DNA of 64,000 bases, from NCBI GenBank assembly GCA_013239625.1, contig MU053588.1, positions 2,862,508 through 2,926,507 on the forward strand, in the 5' to 3' direction. Within the stretch, counting starts at the first letter, position 1. Each line of letters starts with the position of its first letter. The translations under genes were made by a program, and so were the position numbers. Origin of the DNA: Lama guanicoe (lineage: Eukaryota). Of this stretch, positions 51,913-62,092 are shown piece by piece. Under the pieces are notes generated by a model. The model saw only the letters and a list, made by a program, of their open reading frames with translations. It did not search any database and was not told where the DNA came from.

Positions 51913-53808
51913 TCATTTCTCTTGGCGGGTGTTTTTCATGTAAGGGTCTCTGAAGTAGATTATTGCCTGGAATTTAGTGAGCAAGTCCCTTCCCAGTGAA
52001 GGAGATGGGGCACTCAGGCACCAGCAGAAACTGATATGGAAAAGTAAATTTCCTAGTAAGCACTTGGTTTGGGGCTTTCTGTTGATCTCCACTATTATAC
52101 AGGATTGAGAGGACAAGGGTCCAGGGAAATCAGTCAGCACAGAGTAAGTGGCCCCTGTATTTACTAAGAAAATAACTTTTTTTGCCTGCCACATCAAGGG
52201 TTACCCGAGGCTCCTTTGGAGAAATAACCAGGTGTCCTTTGGGACCCAGGAAGGGTCTCTGGCCCCATCGGTCTTCATTCATCTAGGCCATCACTGGTTT
52301 GGGAGCCTCAAGCCCCCTTCGGGACTGGGGGCAGTCCCGCTTCCAGTGGCCTTTTTGTTCGCATATTGAGCAGGGTCCTGGTGGACTTTTTCCAAACATG
52401 GGGCATTCATTTTTCCAGTGGCCCTCCTGGCTGAACTTAAAACAGGTCCCTTTTAGGTGAGACAGTGGCTCTGATCCAGGCATCCTGGATCCTGTCCTCA
52501 CCATGGGTCTTCATAAAGGAGGGTAACCCTGAGGTGGCACAGGGGTTAGGGCTGCCACTAAGAATTGTGCCTTTTGATGCTGTCCCTGAATCCTTCTTGC
52601 CTATTGAACCCCGTCTCTATTGTTAAATACTCCAAACGCCAGATCCATGAGATGATTCATGGGGGTCTGGGTCCCACAGCTGCCTTTTGTAATTTTCTCC
52701 TAATGTCTGGGGCCGACTGAGTGACAAAATGGGTATTTACCAGGACTTCCCCCTTAGGGGTTTTGGGGTTAATATTAGTATGCTTTCTAAAGGCCTCCAC
52801 TAAGCAGCCCTGGAAGAGGGCTGGATTCTCATCTTTTTCCTGTGTTACTTCTCTGACTTTGTCATAGCTGATGGGCTTAACAACACACTTTTTCATCCCC
52901 TCTATGAGGTACGTTACCATATGGTTTCTGTGTTCAAGCCCTCTACCTCCCTGTTGGTAGTTCCAGTGGGGACTCTTGGTCAGGGATTGCTTCCCCCAGG
53001 GTAAGGTAGATTATATGTCCCTAATTGTAGGTAGTCAATTCTTTGGCATACACCTGGGCTGCACTAAGGAGCTGGCTTTTTTCCTCAAAAGTGCAGCAGG
53101 TTGAAAGGAGGACCTGTAGGTCCCTCCAGGTGAGCTCATAGCCATTGTCAGCCTGGTAAATTCCTCCATGAAGCTACTGGCATCCTTGGAGAAACATACA
53201 AATTTCTCCTTGCAAGTAGCCAAATCAGTCATGGAAAAGGGGACGTGAACTCTAATAGTTCCTCCATCACCAGCTGGCACTTCCCTAAGGGGCAGTTTGG
53301 TAGCAGGAGGTTGGTAGGTGGCCTCACTTTGAATAGTACCAGCAGGACTGTCCTCCGGTGATGGAGGTGGTGGGGAAGACTGTCCCCCTCAGAGCTGGGG
53401 GGCGTGGGTGTTCCCAGATGTGGACCCTGGGGAGCTAGACCCATAAGGGGGTCATCTAGAACATTGAGCTCCTGTCGGGGGAGACACTTGGAGGGGATAT
53501 GAGCCAGGTATACCCGGCAGGAGTTCCTTAGACCTGGATCTTGGGATAGGGTCAGGAACACTTGGACATATGGGATTTCCCCATTTACCTCCTCTTTTAT
53601 ACAACAGGTTTAACTGCAAGATGGTATTGTAATTTAATGACCCATATTTTGCCCAGACCTCTTGGTCCCCTAGTTTGTATAGTGGCCATGCAGCATTGCA
53701 AAGGAAAATTATTTTCTTTTTCCCCCAGCTATCCTGCTTAAACTTTTCCCAATTAATTAATATGTATCCTGATGGGGAGCCCTTTGGGATACTTGTAGTT
53801 ATCCCCAT
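51913..53808 (-). pseudogene. gag: Class I ERV gag-pro, frameshifted
   Basis: MGITTSIPKGSP..ILINWEKF..IIFLCNAAWPLY..GSLNYNTILQL; VHVPFSMTDL; MHR VTQEKDENPALFQGCL; FVTQSAPDIRRKLQK; two zinc-knuckle-like motifs. Confidence 0.88.
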
Positions 53809-54143
53809 TTTGGTTAGGATGTTTTTGTCCTTGAGCCTGAGGTGGCTCCTTTGGACTAGTCAAGCAAAGGATCAAGGGCCAGTGGGAGAAAAGGTGGCCA
53901 GAGTCCCAGGGCCTAAATCCTTCAGAGGCAAGGAGGAGACCTAGGTCCTGAGTCAACTAAGCAGATTAACTTCTGCGAAAGAGGGGAGACAAATAGCTTC
54001 AAGAGGTAGAAATCCAGGATGAAAAAGGAATGCTGTAGTTATGGCGCTTCCTAGACCAGAGATCCATAGGCCCACTGAGGGAGTACTCACCTCCCTCAGC
54101 GGTGACGTCCACTCAGTGATGTAATGAAACCGGGGCTCCAAGA

Positions 54144-55634
54144 GGGGTGCTTAGACCATCAACCCGCGAAGGGAGTGCTCACCTGTGACTCCCACTTAGG
54201 GGTGCTTAGACCATCGACCCCTGAAGGGAGTGCTCGCCTGCGACTCCCACTTAGGGGTGCTTAGACCATCGACCCCTGAAGGGAGTGCTCGCCTGCGACT
54301 CCCACTTAGGGGTGCTTAGACCATCGACCCCTGAAGGGAGTGCTCGCCTGCGACTCCCACTTAGGGGTGCTTAGACCATCGACCCCTGAAGGGAGTGCTC
54401 GCCTGCGACTCCCACTTAGGGGTGCTTAGACCATCGACCCCTGAAGGGAGTGCTCGCCTGCGACTCCCACTTAGGGGTGCTTAGACCATCGACCCCTGAA
54501 GGGAGTGCTCGCCTGCGACTCCCACTTAGGGGTGCTTAGACCATCGACCCCTGAAGGGAGTGCTCGCCTGCGACTCCCACTTAGGGGTGCTTAGACCATC
54601 GACCCCTGAAGGGAGTGCTCGCCTGCGACTCCCACTTAGGGGTGCTTAGACCATCGACCCCTGAAGGGAGTGCTCGCCTGCGACTCCCACTTAGGGGTGC
54701 TTAGACCATCGACCCCTGAAGGGAGTGCTCGCCTGCGACTCCCACTTAGGGGTGCTTAGACCATCGACCCCTGAAGGGAGTGCTCGCCTGCGACTCCCAC
54801 TTAGGGGTGCTTAGACCATCGACCCCTGAAGGGAGTGCTCGCCTGCGACTCCCACTTAGGGGTGCTTAGACCATCGACCCCTGAAGGGAGTGCTCGCCTG
54901 CGACTCCCACTTAGGGGTGCTTAGACCATCGACCCCTGAAGGGAGTGCTCGCCTGCGACTCCCACTTAGGGGTGCTTAGACCATCGACCCCTGAAGGGAG
55001 TGCTCGCCTGCGACTCCCACTTAGGGGTGCTTAGACCATCGACCCCTGAAGGGAGTGCTCGCCTGCGACTCCCACTTAGGGGTGCTTAGACCATCGACCC
55101 CTGAAGGGAGTGCTCGCCTGCGACTCCCACTTAGGGGTGCTTAGACCATCGACCCCTGAAGGGAGTGCTCGCCTGCGACTCCCACTTAGGGGTGCTTAGA
55201 CCATCGACCCCTGAAGGGAGTGCTCGCCTGCGACTCCCACTTAGGGGTGCTTAGACCATCGACCCCTGAAGGGAGTGCTCGCCTGCGACTCCCACTTAGG
55301 GGTGCTTAGACCATCGACCCCTGAAGGGAGTGCTCGCCTGCGACTCCCACTTAGGGGTGCTTAGACCATCGACCCCTGAAGGGAGTGCTCGCCTGCGACT
55401 CCCACTTAGGGGTGCTTAGACCATCGACCCCTGAAGGGAGTGCTCGCCTGCGACTCCCACTTAGGGGTGCTTAGACCATCGACCCCTGAAGGGAGTGCTC
55501 GCCTGCGACTCCCACTTAGGGGTGCTTAGACCATCGACCCCTGAAGGGAGTGCTCGCCTGCGACTCCCACTTAGAGGTGCTTAGACCATCGACCCGGAAA
55601 TGAGTGCTCACCTGCGTCTCCTACTTAGAGGTGC
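54144..55634. repeat. 55-bp tandem repeat, ~27 copies, in the ERV leader
   Basis: Unit GGGGTGCTTAGACCATCGACCCCTGAAGGGAGTGCTCGCCTGCGACTCCCACTTA. TTAGACCATC recurs every 55 nt from 54151 to 55581. Confidence 0.97.
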
Positions 55635-56222
55635 AAATACCTGCAACCCGAGAAAAAGTGATCACTTGCTACTCTTGCTTGGGGGTTCAAAAATCCTGAT
55701 CCGCAAAGAGAGTGCCCGCCTGCAACTCCGGCCTAGGGATGCAATGAGGCCATATGCCCCAAGGGCACTTGGGGAGGGCCTGGCAGCAAATTTTTAAAGG
55801 GGAATGCCTGGATTCCTCTAATTTGGGCCTCCTTTTGCAGTTCTGGTGTTCTGGAACCAGATTGAGATGAAGACTGAGTAGAGAAGAGGAACTGGGCTCA
55901 AGGAGCAATGGAGGGGAAGCTCACCCAACCACAGTTGCCAATTACTTGCTATGTGGCCTTAATTTGGATGTCTCAGTGGTCCCCTTGGTGGATCCTCTCA
56001 CTTCTGAAGAGATAGAGCGATAGAGGAGAATGAGAAAAGATCGAGGGGAGAAAAGCTTTGGGTTCTGTGGGCTCCTTCATGGCAGCATCAGCTGCCACCT
56101 AAGGGCTACTTGAATCTGCACAGCATGGGAGAAACCCCCTGCTACCCTCCAAAGAAAGGAGAGCCATAGCCCAATAGGTGGACCGAGATTATGCCCTTTT
56201 AGTCCTGTTTCTTTATTTAAAC

Positions 56223-56240
56223 ACCCCACATTGGGTGCCA
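56223..56240 (-). other. Primer binding site, tRNA-Lys(CUU) type
   Basis: TGGCACCCAATGTGGGGT versus the recalled TGGCGCCCAACGTGGGGC; two of the three differences are CpG-type transitions. Confidence 0.8.
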
Positions 56241-56580
56241 GAGAGATAATACAGGAAAAAACAAATGTAGGGTGTGAGGAGGGCCGTGTCCCAGGTCTCG
56301 GCTGAGTCCCAATACCACAGTTTAGGAACCATTTCAAGAGGCTGAGGTGATAATCTGCATCTGCTAAACATGGTTATCATTACATTCAAAATATTTCTCC
56401 AGATTCAAGTGCATCCTTTTTGTTACAGAGGCGGGGTCGGAATGTATAGTTAGTAACAAAGCTGAAATCTCTGCTGTTAACTTCCCACAATGATGCATCA
56501 TCTTATACAATAATATGAGATGTTGTCTTTTAAGATTTTGTAAAGCTAGTATAGATACCGAACGGATATATTAGGAGAAA

Positions 56581-56895
56581 TTATACCATCATCACTTCTG
56601 CCGGTTGGCGACCCATCATCTTTTTAAAGACATATATGATCTTATTTTTTAAGCAATTCATGTCCAACTGGTTCTGTGCCACCGAAGCTATCTTGTCTAC
56701 TACAAATATCAGTGTCTTTTTGATTAGGTACATAAGCAACCATTTTAAGATCAAGATTGGCTTTATCATATCATATCCATTTATCATTAATTTATCTTTT
56801 ACAAATTTCCATACCTCCTCTGTGAGTAATTCAGCCACCATACTTGTTAAACTTTCCACGGCCTTGTCCTTGATGAATAAAATAAGCGAATCCAT
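56581..56895 (-). CDS. Uncharacterised intronless 104-aa helical ORF (candidate gene, retrogene or EVE)
   Basis: ttcaccATGG Kozak context; MDSLILFIKDKAVESLTSMVAELLTEEVWKF...GRQPAEVMMV*. Open despite AT-rich composition; I do not recognise it as a repeat. Confidence 0.5.
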   Translation of the reverse strand: MDSLILFIKDKAVESLTSMVAELLTEEVWKFVKDKLMINGYDMIKPILILKWLLMYLIKKTLIFVVDKIASVAQNQLDMNCLKNKIIYVFKKMMGRQPAEVMMV

Positions 56896-57254
56896 GGTGA
56901 AAACGTGAGGAGGTCTTCTGGTTGTATGAGTGCAAGTTCTGAATTTACTCCTTTTACGGAAGACACGGGGCATGCGCATTCCACAGAGGAGTGGCCAATG
57001 ATCATGCGACACATTATGGGGCAACACTTGACATATAAGGTTAGTTTCCTCTCACTTGTTTGACGGCCATGATGACTAGTCATAAATGCCTAAATATTGC
57101 GATGCAATGGGCCCTCCTTCCTGCAGTATTGGGGAAGTAGCACCCAGTACAGGAGCAACCAACCTCTCAACACCAACTAGTACCCAGGAGGGGAAGTGGA
57201 CAGTGTCTTCAAAAGGCTTCATATATTAAGCAGAATTTGAAGTTGTTTTAATGC

Positions 57255-57740
57255 TGTGGTAGGCTGAATAAGGGTCCCCAAAGATACACACAGCCTGATC
57301 CCCATGACCTGTGAAAGTTACATTATGGGATCAAGGGGCTCTTGACCGTGTGATAAAGTTAAGGATCTTGACTTGGGGACATAATCCTGGGTTTTCAGGG
57401 TGAGAGATAAATGGAATCATAAGGGTCCCTATAAGGGGATTGGACAGAAAGAGATTTGAGTACAAGAAGAAAGAAGGTGATATGAGTCTGGACCAGGAGG
57501 CAAAAAGGTGATGCAGTGAGAGGCTATGAGCCAAGGAGTGAGGAGAGCCTCCAGGAGCTGGAAAAGACAAGGAATCTGATTGTCACCAAGAGCACTGGGA
57601 GGGAACATGTTCCTGCAGACATTCTGATTTCAGCCCAGAGAAACGCATTGGAGATCTCAAGACTGCTGACTGTTAGAGAATAAATCTATGCTGCGAATCT
57701 GCTAAATTTGTGGTAGTTTGTCATAGCAGCCAAACATTCT
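57255..57740 (+). mobile_element. MLT1-type solo LTR
   Basis: tgtggtaggctgaataagggtccccaaagat ... aatttgtggtagtttgtcatagcagc. Confidence 0.75.
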
Positions 57741-58278
57741 ATCAGAAATAATATTTACATCAGCCCCAGAATGTAAATTTCTAAAAACATCAGCAATAAG
57801 ACCAAAATTGTTTGTTTTTTCAAATCTTCTTTTTTTTTTTAACCAGATAAACACTAGTATGTATTTTTATTTTTAACAACAGGGCCTCGGCATTACACTT
57901 TTAAGAAAAGAAAAATCTGGACTGTACAGCCTAGGACTTGTAAACAGTATTTCATAAGTGGTTGGGAGGAAATCTGAAACCCAGCCAGAGGGAAGTGACC
58001 ATGAAGGAGGAAGCCTAAGATTAACAGTTTAGGCACAGCTCTAAGAGCAGGGATCAAATGCTTGGGCATTGACTGAGGTCCAGTGCACTCCTGGAGGAAA
58101 AACCCCTGGCAAGATGGTCTGCCGGTGGAAGCTGGGACTTTTTAAGGCACATAAGGCAGGGATTCCTAGGAAAAGGAAAGTTCAGTTCAGCATGTCCAGA
58201 GCTAGTGGAATTGGATGTAAGGGGCAGGGGACTATACTTCCTAGGTCCAGGATGAGAGGGGAAGTATTGCTAGGAAAT

Positions 58279-58753
58279 TGTATTAGGGTTCTCCAGAGAA
58301 ATAAATCAGAGTGCGTGTGTGTACGTATATGTATACATACGTATACATGCACATGTCAAGAGATTGAAGGAATTGAGAAGACTTGTGAAGCCGTCTCCAA
58401 GCTGGAGACCCAGGAAAGTGAGTGCTGTAGTTCCAGTCCAAGCACAAAGTCCTGAGAACAGCGCAGCCAGTGGTGTAAGTCCCACGGTGAGGGTGGGAGA
58501 AGGCTGATGTCCCCACTCAAGCTGTCAGGCACAGAGAGTGAGTTCTCCTTTCCATCCACTCTGTGTTCTACTCAGGATGCTCAACTGATGGGATGGGGCC
58601 CACTGGGGAGGGCGGTCTGCTTTGCTCAGCCTACAGATTCAAATGGTCTTTCACCTGGAAACACCCTCACCGACACATCCAGATAATGTTTAACCAAATA
58701 TCAGGGCACCTTAAGATGGCCTAGTCAAGTTGGCATGTAAAATTAACCATCAC
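58279..58753 (-). mobile_element. MLT2-type solo LTR
   Basis: tgtattagggttctccagagaaa ... gtcaagttggcatgtaaaattaaccatcaca. Confidence 0.78.
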
Positions 58754-58844
58754 AGAAATAAAGCCCTTTTTTTGTTGTTTAAAAAAATCTTTTAATTTTC
58801 AAAAAGTTATTTTAAGAGAAAGGTTATTTACAGACAAGTTACTT

Positions 58845-60115
58845 GTGTCAGATCTATGGATTGCTTTGGGTAGTGTGGCCATTTTGATAGTGTTAATTCT
58901 TCCAATACAAGAGCACAAGAAATCTTTCCATTTCTTTGTGTCATTTTGGTTTTCAGAGTATAGGTAAACTCCTTGGTTAAGTTTATTTTTAGGTATTTTG
59001 TTGTTTTTGATGTAATGGAAATGTCTCTGCCAGTTATAAAATTCTGGTTTTTGAAGTGAAAAAAAAAGTAAATGAAGGGCCGCAAAGGGCAAAATATCCT
59101 TCTTTCTTATGGGTGAGCTGTATTCCATCACATATATATGTATGCTGCATCTTCACTACCTATTCAACTATTTATGTGCACTTAGGATGCTTCCATATCT
59201 TGGCAATTATAAATAATGTTGCTGTTAATAGCAGGGTGTATATATCTTTTTGAGTTAATTCTTATTTTGTGGATGCCTTTATTTCCTTGATAAATATGTA
59301 AGTTTAAAAAGCTAAAGCTCTAGATTGTACTGTGTAGCACAGGGAAATACATACAGGATCTTGTGGTGGCTCATAATGAAAGAAAATGTGATAATAAATA
59401 TATGTATGTTCATATATAACTGAAATATTGTGCTCTACACTGGAATTTGACACAACACTGTAAACTGACTATAACTCAATATAAAAAATGTTTAAAAAAT
59501 AAATAAAAAGCTAAACTCTAAACATTCTTAGAAATAATGAACAGTGCATATATGTAAATTTAAAAATATATGTGCAGTAAAAAAAAAAAAGATCTATCAA
59601 GCCATGAAAGACATGGAAGAAACGTAAAAGACATATTACTAAATGAAAGAAGCCAGTCTGAAAAGGCTACAAACTGTACAATTCCAATCAAATGACATTC
59701 TGGAAAAGGTACAGCTATAGAAAAAACAGAAAAATCATGGTTTCCAGGGGTTTGGGGAGAGGGAGGGAGGGAGGGAGGAATGAATAGATGGAGCACAAGA
59801 GGTTTTTAGGACAATGAAATTATTCTGTATGATACTTACAGTGGTGGCTACATGTCATTATACATTTGTCAAAACCCACAGAATGTACAACATCAAGAGT
59901 GAACCCTAATGTAAAATGTGGACTTTGGTTGATAATAATGTGCCCATGTTGGTCCATCGATTGTATCAAATATGCCACATTGATGAAGGATGCTGAGAGT
60001 AGGGGAGAATATATGTGTGTGGGGGAGGGCTATATGTGAACTCTCTGTATTTTCTGCTCAATTCTGCTGTGAACCTAAAACTGCTCTAAAAGGATAAACT
60101 CTATTTTTAAAAAAG
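58845..60115. mobile_element. Composite L1 fragments: inverted pieces, a short younger 3' end and an old L1M 3' end
   Basis: Minus-strand ORF2 piece (SCIGRINTIKMATLPKAI), a plus-strand 3' end at ~59320-59505, and an L1M-type 3'UTR at 59590-60110. Confidence 0.75.
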
Positions 60116-60219
60116 AGAGAAAGTTATTTACAGGCAAGTTACTTCCAGTGTTAACTATTAAAACCTTTTACTGTTGGGCATAGATAGATCAGCAGCAGTC
60201 TGCATATACAACAGAGCCA

Positions 60220-61030
60220 CAATAGCATGACATTCATGGTCTCAGGCTCTCTTCCAATATACCCAAGGGATCTGGACAACCTGCAGAACATTCCTTCCAT
60301 CCCAGTCCATTATGTTGATGACAACAAGATAACTAGACCTGAGAGCAAGAAATGGCAAGTATTCGGATTGTCTAGTAAGACACAGGTGTTCCAAAGTGTG
60401 GAAGAGGAATCCTTCTAATATTGATAATCAGTGACAATGAGTATCAGAGGTGACTATGACATCCATTGGGGAGAATGATGCCAATGACAAGGTCAGCCCT
60501 AGTTACCAGCAATTTAAGCAATAAGTGAGAGTTCCATGGTCTGTAGAGCATCCTCATCTGTGACCATTCAGGGAAGCTCTTAGGGTCCAAAAGTCTAGGG
60601 GGTGCTGGACCACCCTCCAGAGTAAAGGACAAGTTACTGCACCTGTACCTCCGTATAATCCATGTAAGAGGAAGACTGGTACTTTGTGGGGCTTCTGGCA
60701 GAACCTAATGAGAGAATTATATGCAGCAGGGACATAGCTTTACAGCAGTAGCAAAACAGCTCCTGATCTGCTCCTTAGTCTGGGGAGACAGTGCCTGATG
60801 TGTGATGTAATGTGACCAGGTAGCCAGAACCTGTCATCATGACCTGGGTTCTATCACACTCACCAACGTAACGTCAGATGGGGAGAGCAGCATTCATCGC
60901 AAATGGAAGTGGTACATCCTGGGTTAGACAAGGATAGGTGGCCCAGACCATTGGCACCTACCACTCCGGCACTGACATATGTACACAGCTTTCATCTGTG
61001 CACTCATGGGATGGTCATTCTGACTAGTCA
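60220..61030 (+). mobile_element. ERVL-type pol remnant
   Basis: PVHYVDD RT motif and a KWKWYI-like segment (aaatggaagtggtacat); very degraded. Confidence 0.6.
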
Positions 61031-61689
61031 ACAAAAAAAGAAAAGGCTCCACTCCCTTCAAGATCATTCCAGCCCATCTTCTCTATTTCCCCCTCTCCCT
61101 GTCCCAAGGCTCCTATTCAACCTTACTTGTTGGTACACAATTGGCTTTGTGGACCAAACTGAAGGAGATCTTGAGAAAGATCTGTTGCTTTTCTGTAGCA
61201 CTCCCACAGGATGCTGAAAATGTCTGAACGCAAACCAGGCTTTAAAAGAAAGTTGCATTCATCAACTTGGTCAAGGGTTGACACTGTAAAACTTTCCCAC
61301 TAAGTCTGCAAACTGCTAGTCATGGACTTTGCTTCCTCCCCAGCCCTGTCCCACATTCACCACCCTCCCTCCAGCTGCAATCCCAGGTGCCTTTTCTATT
61401 CTGGCCACACTCTGACTCCTTCTGGATGTGTATCCTCAGTGCCCTCAGCTCAAGTCTTGTGTGTTTATTGTGTCCGCTATAGCTCCCAACACCTCAGACA
61501 CAGCAGTTGGGTGTTTTCGGCATCTTGTTCATAACTCATCCCAACTGTGTGAGTCTGCAGTTATTTTTAGCCCCTTATGGTTTCTTTGTATTCTGTTGTC
61601 CCAGCCTGTGCAAACACTGTGGCAAGAGATCTCAGGCCTTGTCTTAGGCCTTGGCCTGCATAAAATGTCAAAAGCATATATCAACCTGA

Positions 61690-62092
61690 CTTTAAACTGC
61701 ACAAGTTTTTCTCTAGAGCACTTTTCCCACAGACCTCTTTCCTAAGCATCTTTGTTCTAGGCACAAGAATATTAGGAGAGTTCTAAAGCTGGAAGTGAAC
61801 TTCATACCCAGTAAAAGAAAGGGAACTTCTTCATCTACAAAAACAAGGACAACTTTGCAACAAGTTGTTACCCTGTATGTGATCGCTATGGAAATCATTG
61901 CCACCCCTTGAACCCTTGCTATAAAACCTCTTGCCTTCTCTCCCTGGCAGGCTCACAGTCTTGAGGCCATTAGCTCACTGTGACCTCTTTTGCCTGGGAA
62001 AGAAAGAAAGCTGCCTCTTCTATTTCATCCAAAACTTTGTCCTTGAGTCTCAATTTGGTAAGTGGGGTATAGAGGCCATGTTTCAGCAGCAT
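61690..62092 (+). mobile_element. ERV LTR fragment
   Basis: TATAAAA at ~61920 followed by R/U5-like sequence ending tttcagcagca; boundaries approximate. Confidence 0.5.

Larger units (their letters stand above)
50740..56310 (-). mobile_element. Class I (HERV-W/ERV9/H-like) provirus with gag-pro only and a truncated 5' LTR
   Basis: 3' LTR 50740-51245 with PPT GGGGGGGGAA; protease FLVNTGATYSVL/LGRDLL; gag; PBS at 56223-56240; ~65-bp U5 remnant at ~56247-56310. Confidence 0.9.

Noticed and set aside
54144..55634. CRISPR-like array (regular palindromic repeats)
   Set aside because: Units are head-to-tail with no unique spacers, there are no cas genes, and the context is a mammalian ERV leader.
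56896..57027. 44-aa upstream extension of the orphan ORF (148 aa in the track)
   Set aside because: The track start is non-ATG and the upstream in-frame ATGs have weaker context than accATGG at 56895, so it is treated as 5'UTR, though not excluded.
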